From: Myxococcota bacterium | Lineage (GTDB): Bacteria > Myxococcota_C > UBA6777 | DNA length: 64,000 bases | Direction of reading: 5' to 3' | NCBI GenBank assembly: GCA_023150835.1 | Contig: JAKLKB010000014.1 | Span: 1 to 64,000, forward strand | In this document: in pieces, positions 39,295 through 48,786 of the stretch | Position numbering within the stretch: position 1 is the first letter of the stretch | How the letters are laid out: each line of letters opens with the position of its first letter | Translations under genes and position numbers: made by a program | The notes under the pieces: model-generated | Told to the model about the DNA's origin: nothing | Databases searched by the model: none | The model's input: only the letters and a program-made list of their open reading frames with translations

Positions 39295-39828
39295 TTAATC
39301 GCTCTCCTCCCCCGCGAAAGGGACACCAACAAAGTCCTCGGGTACTTCCCAAGGAACACTCATACGAAGACTGTTGCTCTCTGCCATCTTTTGCATACCC
39401 GACGCCTCAAGCTGACGAATGCGCTCTCGCGTCAAGTTGAGCAGCGTGCCCACTTCTTCAAGCGTCACACCACCACGTTCTGCGATATCCAACGCACACG
39501 TTTCTTTCAGCTCCCAAACCTCTTGATCTGGGAAGTTGTACTTGATCGAACCCGTTTCAGGATTCACATCCAAATACAAATGAAACCGACAACTGACGTG
39601 CGGGCAAGGGTCCACATGTCCTCGGCAATCTTTGCGAGAACGCGGACGCATCGACTCCAACCAAGCCACCACTTCCGGCCCCAGACGCTCACGCTTCACT
39701 TCCTGCTTGATTTGACGCAAAGACTGCGTCTTTTCGCGACGTGGACGTCCTGTTCGCGTGCGATCCGCTGTCACTTGCAGCAAACGATTCACCACACGCT
39801 TTTTCACCAACTTCTGTTTTTCATCCAT
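39295..39828 (-). CDS. Stand-alone sigma-70 region-4 HTH protein with Cys/His-rich N-terminal domain
   Basis: TLEEVGTLLNLTRERIRQLEASGMQK (RpoD region 4.2-like); DC...PCPHVSCRFHL...TCALD; no sigma region 2. Confidence 0.82.
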   Translation of the reverse strand: MDEKQKLVKKRVVNRLLQVTADRTRTGRPRREKTQSLRQIKQEVKRERLGPEVVAWLESMRPRSRKDCRGHVDPCPHVSCRFHLYLDVNPETGSIKYNFPDQEVWELKETCALDIAERGGVTLEEVGTLLNLTRERIRQLEASGMQKMAESNSLRMSVPWEVPEDFVGVPFAGEESD

Positions 39829-39977
39829 CCAAACCTCCTCACACCCCAGACTCGCTGTTGTTCCTCGCACTCACCGAAACCTCCGCACACCTCGATCCTG
39901 TCCTCCGCGATCAAGATCTCGATCTGTGTAGAGCCAAGCCTATTCCTTGTAGCACAAGCCCACGTTTCATTGCAAAC

Positions 39978-40034
39978 GTTATCTCAATTGATACGCAATT
40001 GTATCGAAGTTATATCTCAATTAGATATAACTTC
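39978..40034. promoter_or_regulatory. Cluster of caatt-centred palindromes, candidate operator array
   Basis: gaagttatatct-caatt-agatataacttc (40006-40034, perfect 12-bp arms); gatac-gcaatt-gtatc (39990-40005); tatctcaatt present twice. Confidence 0.5.
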
Positions 40035-40635
40035 TTTGCTGCAACACCTGCCCAAGCGTTTTATAACGACGGCGCTCAAAGAAGGCACGCTGGCTGACAT
40101 ATTTGGAGGATACGCGGGGGCTTGATCTGGGTCAAAAAAAGATGCAAAAAAAATTACAATCGATTGCAACCTGCTGATTTGCCAGTTTAATTTTGGCAAG
40201 TTTTCTGCCTGCCCAAACTGACTTGGTGATCCAACGCACAGTTTTGCGATCCTGTGGTTGTTCTTGCGATGGGGGGGAAGTAAAAAAAGAATCGATATAG
40301 ATCAAAATGTTAGAGCGTTATCGCCTTATTGCTTGGCATCGCTCTTCTTGCGGACAATGATCCCTCAACTTGATCCAACAGATCGCGCTTCGCCAGATCA
40401 CAAACCAGCCGTCGAAGGGATGGAGGGTCGATGCCCCAAGCAAGCGATCAGCCGAAGAGGTTGCGTTTGAACGGTGGTGGGCGTTAGACTGGGGCACAAC
40501 AAACGAAGCCCCACCGCCGAGTATTTCCCTCCGACAAGGTGGCTGGATTCGGACGGCAGGGCAAAAGCGCAACAAACAGCCCCCAGCCTCTTCATCGCAA
40601 AAACATCCCATCGCAAGGAGCGAAAAGCGCGAAAC

Positions 40636-42840
40636 ATGCCAAGCGGACAAAGCAACGAGGCCAACCGCCAAAAACAAACACTCGCACTCGCGCAAGCCTA
40701 TACCCTTCCCTCAACGCCCCGTTGGCCGCGTGTTCTTCTTCAGTCCCTGTTGGGGGTCACCGTCGGGATGCTTGCAGGCGGCGCGCTCTTGTGGTGGCTC
40801 TGGAATTACAGCGGCCTCACAACCCCCCTCCCACCGAGATCTTCTCAAACGCCCCAAACCCGCGCAACCTCGCCACACAACCGCCCTGCCCAACCCACCA
40901 CCCAAGCGCCCACCGAGATCGGCCTTCCCTCCCTTTATACGGCTTGCCTCCAAGAAGCCGAACAAGCGGCTCCCGGCCCCGCTTATCAGTCGCTGCGCAC
41001 ACAACAAAAAACCTACGCCTTGCGTTGGCATCTCGAATGGCACATGGCGGATCGCTCTCTTCAACAAAACAAAGCAGCCCAAGCCGCCGAGATCTACGAA
41101 CGACTGGCCCAAGAAGAAGAGTCACCCCTCCCCAAAGCCATCCTCTACTTGCGCCACGGGCGAGCCCTTGCAGCACTTGGCAAAGCCCAAGAAGCGCGTA
41201 CGCTTTTGCAAAAATACGCTCGCACCATCCCGATCCAGCCCACCCAACGGCTCCAGTTTGCGCTCTACCAACAAGAGATCGCCGAAGGACTCCATACCCT
41301 CGCATCCATCGAAGAAACCGCAACACAACACACGCTCTGGCTACGCATCTGGTCTCAATTCCCCCAAAGCCCTCATGCTTTCGCGGCCTTGCAAAACTGG
41401 CTGCGCGCTTCCCCTTCTGCCTTCTCAGAAACGGAGCGCCGTTGGTTGCTGCTCGGACTCCAACGTTGGATCTCACAGGGCGCTCCCACCGCTGTAATGC
41501 GCCCTGCTCTGGCTCGGATACACCGAGAGATGCTGTCCTCTTCGCAACGCCTGATCTTTGACACCCTCCAAGCTCGTTTGGCTCTCCAAGACGATCTCTG
41601 GAAACAAGCCATGAACGCTGCGGATCAAGCCCGAAAAGAAGCCGAGAAGCCCACACGCGCCACACTCTCCTTTGCGATGGCAACACTTGCCCTCCAAAAT
41701 CAAAAACGCAGCCTCGCCCAACGCATACTTCGCACGATCCGCCCTGCCCCAAGCTACTGGCGGCGCGTCTTCATGCTCCCCGAGATGCAGTCGTTTTTGC
41801 GGCAAGGAAAATGGAAACCTGTCTTGCGAATTGGCGCAAAGTCTTGGCGAAGCAATCGCGCCGCTGCCTTACGTGCGCAAACAGCCCGATACCTCGGCCT
41901 TAGCGCACTTGGGCGACAACAATACAGCAAAGCCCACACCTACTTCTCCGCTGCCTACAAAGAACACCAAAACGCGGGAAAGCACTCGCTTCTTGATCCG
42001 ATCACTCTGATGTATTGGCAAGCCTTTTCTGCGGAGATGCGTAAAAAAACCGCCGAAGCCAAGAAGCGCTACCTTTCGATCTTTCGTGCGCAACCCTTCG
42101 ATTACAACGGCTTCCTTGCCATGCACCGCTTGCGCGATCTCGATCCACAACCTCTGCCCTTTGCTCGCGAAACCACCGGACCTTGGTCTCTTCAGCAGAT
42201 CTCCGATCCACGCGCATCGCTGCTCCTTCAAACCCTCCAACAACACGGCCCACACGCACTTTTTCTGATCGAACTCGAACGCCACTTACCTCGATACGCA
42301 CAGATACCACACACCTCGCTGCATCAAATGATCGCGCAATCCTCCCGCCTCACAGGAATCCTTCACGCTGCTCTTTCCATTCTTCCTGCTCGACCTCCAC
42401 ACAAGCGCTCACAAGAACAAATCCAACTCTTTTACCCTTCCCCTGCGCAAATCTTCGGTCGTGCCGCTTCTAAAGAAGACCTTCGCCCCTTTGCTGCTCT
42501 TTGGATCTTCCTTCAACGCCACCACACCGCGCCCTCTCCTGAGCCTCATGATTACCAACAACATCCCTTGTTTTTGCTCTCTCCCACCGCTCCCCTTGTG
42601 TACGCTCCCTCCGTGCTCTCGCTCTGGAAACAACGCCTCGCCAGCTTTCCCTCGGATCTACCGCTTTCGGCTCGCATCACTGCCCTCGTCACCCCCCACC
42701 CTCAAGCCCTCTTTCAGCTACACCGCGATCTCAAAAACGCTCCCCGCCCTCTGATCGAAGCCTTGTATCCGCCCCAAACGCACCGACTCCTCTTTCTGCT
42801 CCAACTCTACCAACTGCTCTACCTACCCGACTCCCCTTGA
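40636..42840 (+). CDS. Membrane-anchored TPR/helical protein resembling soluble lytic transglycosylase with a degenerate catalytic domain
   Basis: TM near the N-terminus; TPR-like helices; YWQA...A...Y...QPFDYNGFLAMHRL and LFYP resemble Slt landmarks; start uncertain. Confidence 0.55.
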   Translation: MPSGQSNEANRQKQTLALAQAYTLPSTPRWPRVLLQSLLGVTVGMLAGGALLWWLWNYSGLTTPLPPRSSQTPQTRATSPHNRPAQPTTQAPTEIGLPSLYTACLQEAEQAAPGPAYQSLRTQQKTYALRWHLEWHMADRSLQQNKAAQAAEIYERLAQEEESPLPKAILYLRHGRALAALGKAQEARTLLQKYARTIPIQPTQRLQFALYQQEIAEGLHTLASIEETATQHTLWLRIWSQFPQSPHAFAALQNWLRASPSAFSETERRWLLLGLQRWISQGAPTAVMRPALARIHREMLSSSQRLIFDTLQARLALQDDLWKQAMNAADQARKEAEKPTRATLSFAMATLALQNQKRSLAQRILRTIRPAPSYWRRVFMLPEMQSFLRQGKWKPVLRIGAKSWRSNRAAALRAQTARYLGLSALGRQQYSKAHTYFSAAYKEHQNAGKHSLLDPITLMYWQAFSAEMRKKTAEAKKRYLSIFRAQPFDYNGFLAMHRLRDLDPQPLPFARETTGPWSLQQISDPRASLLLQTLQQHGPHALFLIELERHLPRYAQIPHTSLHQMIAQSSRLTGILHAALSILPARPPHKRSQEQIQLFYPSPAQIFGRAASKEDLRPFAALWIFLQRHHTAPSPEPHDYQQHPLFLLSPTAPLVYAPSVLSLWKQRLASFPSDLPLSARITALVTPHPQALFQLHRDLKNAPRPLIEALYPPQTHRLLFLLQLYQLLYLPDSP

Positions 42841-42888
42841 AAACAAACAAACAGAACAAAAAACCCATCCCTACGCAAAGAAATTACG

Positions 42889-43119
42889 ATGAAACAACTG
42901 AAACGCCATCAACTCGCTCTCTACAACGGACAAGACAAAAAGCAGATCTATGTCGCCTATCAAGGCCGCATCTACGATGTCACCGAAAGCCGACTCTGGC
43001 GACGCGGGATGCACTACGAGCATTGGGCCGGACAAGATCTCACCCAAGAACTCCCCGAAGCCCCTCACGACGAAGCCGTCTTTGCACGCTTCCCGCAGGT
43101 CGGCGTTCTGATCGAATAA
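42889..43119 (+). CDS. Cytochrome b5-like heme/steroid-binding domain protein
   Basis: LALYNGQD...IYVAYQGRIYDVT...H...AGQDLT...APH...FPQVG. Confidence 0.9.
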   Translation: MKQLKRHQLALYNGQDKKQIYVAYQGRIYDVTESRLWRRGMHYEHWAGQDLTQELPEAPHDEAVFARFPQVGVLIE

Positions 43120-43268
43120 TACGAAATCCGCCCGTTATCGAATAATACGAAATCCGCCCGTTGTGTGATCGTAAAGATGTACGGAGCTGCCCCTCGTGGC
43201 TGCCCAAAAACAGGACGATCACAGCGGATCACACCTACCCTTCGATCACAGATCTTTCGGATATCGTC
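43111..43268 (+). mobile_element. REP-containing MITE-like element preceded by a 26-bp duplication of gene end plus element start
   Basis: atcgaataatacgaaatccgcccgtt twice (43111, 43137); element 43146-43268 ends cggatatcgtc. Confidence 0.7.
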
Positions 43269-43295
43269 TAAGCTCGTATCGATCAGTCTTTTCGT

Positions 43296-44537
43296 TCATT
43301 CAAAAAGATAAGCATCCAGCAAACTTTTGAACTTTCGATGAAGCAGAGTTAACCCGTAAACGAGAACGGACACAGAAGGAACGTATCTCGGAACCTCGTA
43401 ATCAGGGAACAGTTTTCGAATAAATTGGCAAGCCTGTTCAATGTTTTCGATGCCGTATTGTGTTGTATCGATCAAGACGGTTCGATCCATGATGCCGTTT
43501 TTCAGAGGGGGCTTTTTTATTGGAGGATTTGGATTAAAAAATTCTTTTTTCCATTTGAGGATTTTCTTCTGAAAATCATCTCCTAAGTCTAAGTCTTTGA
43601 GTAATTCGAAAGCGCGGGTGTACAGTTCCGAATCAGCCAAAGACACTTGTTTGACGATCTCCTTGAGGTGGCTGGCCATATCGATACTAAGCTTTCCTTG
43701 AAAACAGCGATCATTGGCTTCCAGCAAAGCTTCCAAGAACCCCGAGTGGATTCCCCCCGCTATAGGACGCATCTTCGGATGGAAAGGGATGTCGTGTTCT
43801 GCGAGAAAAGTACTCTGCTGTTTGTTTGTTTTTGAATCCAAATAGGCCTCTCCGTTGCTGTGACCTGAGGCACCATGGACACCGAGTGGGTAGAATGTAT
43901 AGTAATAGTTGTCAAATTCTGACAGCAAAGCATAACCACTATAAACATCCGGGCTGCAAGACCAAAAATAACGACCTGTTTTTACCTTCAGTCGGCGCAT
44001 TGCTTCGGTGGAAACGAACCCTCTATAAACCATCGGAGCCCGACCACACGAAGTCAGGTTCCGTGCGATTAATGTAATTAAAATCTTTGAATTCATCAAA
44101 AATGATTTTTGATTGAGCAAAACCGCTATGCGATTGGGTGCCGAGCGTGATGTTGGCCAGCCAAATGTGGCCGGTTGCCATACGACGGCTTGAACGTCAT
44201 GGATCTCAAGAATACGATTTACCGACGAAACAGCGTTTGATAAAAGCCCGTCATCATCTCCTACAAAAGTAACAAAATCTCCAGAAACATGCTCCATTGC
44301 AAAATTCCAATTGGAGGTCATACCTAGAGTTTTGGGCGGAGTGACGCAACGGATCCTTGGATCCTGTTGTTGTAGCGTTTGGACGACTTCTTGGGTTTTT
44401 GTGTCGCTGCTGTTATTGCAAACCAAGATCTCTAAGTTGTCATATTGTTGTGCCATGCACGTTTTCAAACAAAAATAGAGCGTATCTGCACGATTTCTTG
44501 TAGGCACAACAATCGAATACTTTCTATCTTTTTTCAT
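43296..44537 (-). CDS. Glycosyltransferase family 2
   Basis: YSIVVPTRNR; LGMTSNWNFA; FVGDDDGL; alternative ATG at 44549. Confidence 0.9.
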   Translation of the reverse strand: MKKDRKYSIVVPTRNRADTLYFCLKTCMAQQYDNLEILVCNNSSDTKTQEVVQTLQQQDPRIRCVTPPKTLGMTSNWNFAMEHVSGDFVTFVGDDDGLLSNAVSSVNRILEIHDVQAVVWQPATFGWPTSRSAPNRIAVLLNQKSFLMNSKILITLIARNLTSCGRAPMVYRGFVSTEAMRRLKVKTGRYFWSCSPDVYSGYALLSEFDNYYYTFYPLGVHGASGHSNGEAYLDSKTNKQQSTFLAEHDIPFHPKMRPIAGGIHSGFLEALLEANDRCFQGKLSIDMASHLKEIVKQVSLADSELYTRAFELLKDLDLGDDFQKKILKWKKEFFNPNPPIKKPPLKNGIMDRTVLIDTTQYGIENIEQACQFIRKLFPDYEVPRYVPSVSVLVYGLTLLHRKFKSLLDAYLFE

Positions 44538-46062
44538 CTGTTTTCCCATATAAATCTTTTTTAAGAAAAAAACGAACCAATACGAACAGCTCCGATCGCA
44601 GATGTTTGGAAAAGAAAACACAGGCGAAAACGAAACAAATCCCTACAGAGAAGAGAAAAAAGAACCAATGCACGCGGCTGGTGTAGCCGATCGGGCGCGC
44701 CCACCATGCAATCGGCGCGACAAGCAACGCACCTAGCAAAGGAAGAAAAAGATCAAAGATGTACCACCGCCATTTTTCGCCAAGCAAGATCTTTCGGTGC
44801 ATCAAGTAGATCCCGAACGTGATGTAGCCGAGGTTCAGGCAAGCCCAGATCCACGCCGCCCCCAAAGCACCATACCAAGGTACGATCCAAAACATCAACG
44901 GAACCAGCAAGCATACAGCGGCGATATTCAGCTTGATGTTTAGGCTAGTCCATCCATGCGCAAGCATACAGTGATAAGGAGTTCCCATGACGTTGTTGAA
45001 CAAGGTTCCCAGCGCAAGCGCAGAAATCAACGGATAACTCTGTTGAGCAAGAAAGATTTTTCCTGACCACATATAGACAATTCCGTCGCCAAAAAAATAC
45101 AATAACAGAGCGCACGGTATAAGCAAAACAGACGTTATCTGCGCAGCCTTATGATACAAAGAGATCAAGCCTTCCTCGTCTCTTTGCGTTTGAAGCTCTA
45201 CCATACGTGGATAAACCGCCAATCCAACGGGGCCACTGGCCATATACATCACGTTTGTGACGGTGGTTGCTAGGCTATAATAACCAAAGTCTTGAAGAGG
45301 CAGAAGATACGAAAGAATCGCTTTATCTGTATGAACAAGCGCTACAGAAAGCAAAGAAATCGCCAGCATACCTCCCGCAAATTTCCAGACTTGCCGAAGT
45401 TCTTCAACAGAAAAACACGCCCGAGAAGGAGGCTTCGGAAGTTGTTGGTGGACACGCAAACGAAAAAGAAACAAAGACAAGAAAGACAACGCCAATTGCC
45501 ACACAAAAAAAGCTTGTATACTTGGGGAAATCCACAATAGCACCAACACAACACCGCCATGGCGCAACGTTTCCAAAACGACGCTGGCGGCATTGAACCA
45601 AACCTGCTGTTGCAAACCGTACAAAGCGCTGCGATAGAGACCTTCAAGAAAACGCAGCGAAAGCACCAAAGAAATAATCGACAGGGCTTGTACAACAACA
45701 GGCACAGGCAACTTTTCCACTTTGAGCCAACGGGTCGCCAAGTACCCCGCCCCGAACCAAACCAACAGCCCCGCCAAGAAAGCAACCCCGACGCAAACAA
45801 GTTCAAGGCTATGCAAAAGGTTGTGGATGGATTGCGGCGTGTGGGCTCCTGCATGAAACCGAGCCATCTCGCGGTTTAGTGTAGGAGACATACCGACATC
45901 TAAGAGAGAGAGCCACGCGCCAAGCATTCCGAAGATACCGACAAGCGCATACGATTCCATTCCTAAAATATCGATATAGAGCGGGATAAACAGGATACCC
46001 GCAAGAGCCCGCCACCCTTGCCCAGCATAGTTGGCAACAACATTTTGCTTCAGATTGGCCAT
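44524..46062 (-). CDS. wzx: Oligosaccharide flippase (Wzx/MOP family)
   Basis: LKQNVVANYAGQG; LLDVG; DKAILSYLLPLQDFGYYSLA; YGALGAAW; many TM helices. Confidence 0.88.
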   Translation of the reverse strand: MANLKQNVVANYAGQGWRALAGILFIPLYIDILGMESYALVGIFGMLGAWLSLLDVGMSPTLNREMARFHAGAHTPQSIHNLLHSLELVCVGVAFLAGLLVWFGAGYLATRWLKVEKLPVPVVVQALSIISLVLSLRFLEGLYRSALYGLQQQVWFNAASVVLETLRHGGVVLVLLWISPSIQAFFVWQLALSFLSLFLFRLRVHQQLPKPPSRACFSVEELRQVWKFAGGMLAISLLSVALVHTDKAILSYLLPLQDFGYYSLATTVTNVMYMASGPVGLAVYPRMVELQTQRDEEGLISLYHKAAQITSVLLIPCALLLYFFGDGIVYMWSGKIFLAQQSYPLISALALGTLFNNVMGTPYHCMLAHGWTSLNIKLNIAAVCLLVPLMFWIVPWYGALGAAWIWACLNLGYITFGIYLMHRKILLGEKWRWYIFDLFLPLLGALLVAPIAWWARPIGYTSRVHWFFFLFSVGICFVFACVFFSKHLRSELFVLVRFFLKKDLYGKTDEKR

Positions 46063-46081
46063 CAGGTTTCCCGCCGCAAAG

Positions 46082-46894
46082 TTAGATTCGCCTCAGGTAG
46101 CCATCAGGTGCCACAGTAATCAACAATTTGTGCTCGATCTCTTTGTCGATCTCGAAGCCCAAAGGCACGCCGTCATTGGCTTGTCGGCCTTCTTCTTTGA
46201 GGCGGCGTAGATACTCCCACACAGCCGTTTTTGGATTGTTGCCGACCCCCCAAGGGCGGTCAGGATACTGTTGCGCGGGCAGATCTTCGATCACCGTGTC
46301 AAAGACGACGCAATAGCTACCTTGGCTGGCAAGAGGTGCGTAGGCTTCCAATTCGGCAAGCACATGGTCGTGTGTGTGGTTAGAGTCCAAGATCACCAAA
46401 ATTTTCTGGTAATTCTTGGCGATTTGATAGACCTTTTCGATAATCGAAGAAGAGATAGAAGAACCCTCAAGCATCTGAATGTGGTGAGCGAGCGGATGCT
46501 GCTCAATGGCTTCGCGGTTATGGGAGCGGATATCGATGTCGATGCCCAAAACATGGCGCTTTGTTGACGTGGGGTTGAGAGTTTGGCGTAATTCGACGGC
46601 ATCACAGTAATCCAACAAGGCCAACATGGACGCGCTCAGGATCAACGAACCACCATGAGCAATGCCTGTTTCCAAGATCAAATCGGGCCGAACTCGCCAA
46701 ACCAATTCCTGTAGCGCGACGATATCCTGCGGATATTGGATAATGGGACGAGCAAGCCAAGAAAAGTGGTATGAGTATTTGTGCTTTAGTGTGTCGCGGG
46801 TCCAGATCCGCGTCAGATCCAGCATATCCCGATCTTGGCCGAGGGCTTCGATCTGTTTTTTTATCTCGTTTTGAAATGTCTCTTGTGGTTTCAC
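46082..46894 (-). CDS. CmcI (cephalosporin hydroxylase) family protein, probable sugar O-methyltransferase
   Basis: YSYHFSWLARPIIQYPQD; PDLILETGIAHGGS; LDSNHTHDHVLAEL; WGVGNNPKTAV. Confidence 0.9.
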   Translation of the reverse strand: MKPQETFQNEIKKQIEALGQDRDMLDLTRIWTRDTLKHKYSYHFSWLARPIIQYPQDIVALQELVWRVRPDLILETGIAHGGSLILSASMLALLDYCDAVELRQTLNPTSTKRHVLGIDIDIRSHNREAIEQHPLAHHIQMLEGSSISSSIIEKVYQIAKNYQKILVILDSNHTHDHVLAELEAYAPLASQGSYCVVFDTVIEDLPAQQYPDRPWGVGNNPKTAVWEYLRRLKEEGRQANDGVPLGFEIDKEIEHKLLITVAPDGYLRRI

Positions 46895-46925
46895 AGTTTG
46901 CCTTCACTTTCCTAACAGATAGAGT

Positions 46926-47624
46926 TTATCGCCCCACAACAGGACGCGCAGGGACGCCAACCACCACACATCTCGGTGCCACGTCTTTCGTTACGACAGC
47001 TCCCGCTCCAACAACGGCATCTTCCCCGATTTGGATTCGGGGTAGGATCGTTGCCCCCGCACCAATGAAAGCGTGATCGCCAACAACAACCTCTCCCGCA
47101 AGTGTAGCACCCGGTGCGATATGGACACCCGCCCCGATGACACAATCATGATCGACAGAAGACGCTGTGTTGAGGATCGTATAATCGCCGATTCTGGCAC
47201 AAGTACAAAGCGAAGCCTTCGCCATCATTTGGCAACCTTCTCCGATCTGGGCGTCAAGAGCAACAAAAGCATACGGATGTATCGCTGAAAAAGGCAGCAG
47301 TCCAAGAGCGCGAAGTTGTAAAGAGATAGATAGACGTGCTTTTCCGTGTCCGCCTCCGATCGCAACACAAAAAAACAGAGGAGCGGTGTGGCTTGTGTAT
47401 TTCTGATCTTCGGCTCGTTGTCGCAGCCATGCTTCCAATCCGCGTTGTCCATGAAGTATCGGGAGGTTGGGCATATCTTGAAAAGGAGAAGGAATCACCC
47501 TGTTGTCGACGAGAGCCACCAAGCGAGGGGCATGGCAACCTAATTGTAAAAATAGTTCTCTTAATACGCGAGATTGTCCAGTCCCACCCCAAAAGATTAT
47601 TTCTGAAGATTCGAGATTTTTCAT
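46926..47624 (-). CDS. Sugar N-acetyltransferase, NeuD/PglD family (left-handed beta-helix)
   Basis: IFWGGTGQ; AIGG; IHPYA; hexapeptide repeats; VDHDC; VVGVPAR. Confidence 0.9.
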   Translation of the reverse strand: MKNLESSEIIFWGGTGQSRVLRELFLQLGCHAPRLVALVDNRVIPSPFQDMPNLPILHGQRGLEAWLRQRAEDQKYTSHTAPLFFCVAIGGGHGKARLSISLQLRALGLLPFSAIHPYAFVALDAQIGEGCQMMAKASLCTCARIGDYTILNTASSVDHDCVIGAGVHIAPGATLAGEVVVGDHAFIGAGATILPRIQIGEDAVVGAGAVVTKDVAPRCVVVGVPARPVVGR

Positions 47625-47653
47625 CTGAATCGCCGTCGAAGAGAAATGTGATT

Positions 47654-48763
47654 TCAAGTGCCAACCTCGACACGACGCCTGATATGAGCCACGACACGAG
47701 ACATCTGCTCTTCCGTAAGGTCGTGGTACGAGGGGAGGTTGATAGCGCGTGAATAAAGCCCGTAGCTGACTTTGTTTTGACGGCATTCCTCAAACATCGG
47801 CAACATACTGAGAGGCCAGAAAAAGACGCGCCCATCAATGTGATCCGCTTGAAAGTCTGCGATCAAGGCATCTCGATCAAAGGGGATTTTCTTATCAACG
47901 ACGATGGTAGGCATCCAAAATCCGTTAATGGTGCCTATCTTTTCGGGATTCATGGCGAGCGGGAGTTCTCGAAGATGTTCTCGATAAAAGGCAAAAATAC
48001 GCCTTTTTCCCGCGATCAACTCGTCGATGCGCTCGATCTGTGCGCATCCGATGGCTGCTTGTAGATTAGAGAGTCGATACTTGAAGCCGATCATCTCAGG
48101 CCAAAACTGACGCTTTTCGCCTTTGACGCGTCCGTGGTTGTTTAGCGTAGTGACTTGCTCGTAGAGTTCGGGATCTTCGGTGGTGAGCATCCCGCCTTCG
48201 CCAGTTGTCACGGTTTTGGTTCCGTGAAAAGAGAATGTTCCAAAACGCCCCAGACTACCGGCTCGTTTTCCGTTCCATTGGCTGCCGATGGCTTCTGCTG
48301 CGTCCTCGATAACCGGGATGTTATGGCGCTTGCCGATATCCAAGAGCGCATCCATTTCACAGAGATTTCCGTACACATGAACGGCCAGAATTGCTTTGGT
48401 TTGAGGGGTGATGGCTTGTTCGACTTTTTCTGGATCAAGGCACCATGTATCCTCCAAGACATCGACAAACACGGGCTTTGCGCCAAGGTAAGTAATCGGG
48501 GCAGCAGAAGCGATCCAATTGATATCTCCCAAAATGACTTCATCGCCTGTTTGGATGCCCAAAGCCGCCATCCCAAGGTGGAGAGCGCCAGTACAACTGG
48601 ACGTTGCATGGGCATAAGAAACACCCAGATGCTCGCGAAAAAGTTTTTCAAAACGATGGAGGTAGTCGTAGCAGTGGGCTCCCCACCCGTGCTTGGCAGC
48701 ATCCGTTGCATAATCGACTTCGAGAGCCCCAATAGAAGGCTTCGTGTAGTGGATCTTGGACAT
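47654..48763 (-). CDS. DegT/DnrJ PLP-dependent aminotransferase (perosamine synthase-like)
   Basis: SSCTGALHL; VIEDAAEAIG; FSFHGTKTVTTGEGG; YRLSNLQAAIG; INLPS. Confidence 0.93.
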   Translation of the reverse strand: MSKIHYTKPSIGALEVDYATDAAKHGWGAHCYDYLHRFEKLFREHLGVSYAHATSSCTGALHLGMAALGIQTGDEVILGDINWIASAAPITYLGAKPVFVDVLEDTWCLDPEKVEQAITPQTKAILAVHVYGNLCEMDALLDIGKRHNIPVIEDAAEAIGSQWNGKRAGSLGRFGTFSFHGTKTVTTGEGGMLTTEDPELYEQVTTLNNHGRVKGEKRQFWPEMIGFKYRLSNLQAAIGCAQIERIDELIAGKRRIFAFYREHLRELPLAMNPEKIGTINGFWMPTIVVDKKIPFDRDALIADFQADHIDGRVFFWPLSMLPMFEECRQNKVSYGLYSRAINLPSYHDLTEEQMSRVVAHIRRRVEVGT

Positions 48764-48786
48764 ACGTTTCTACTTTCCTTGAAGGA

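Noticed and set aside
46082-46894. Cephalosporin biosynthesis or resistance gene
   Set aside because: The CmcI family name is historical; the context is a nucleotide-sugar cluster, so a sugar methyltransferase is more plausible.
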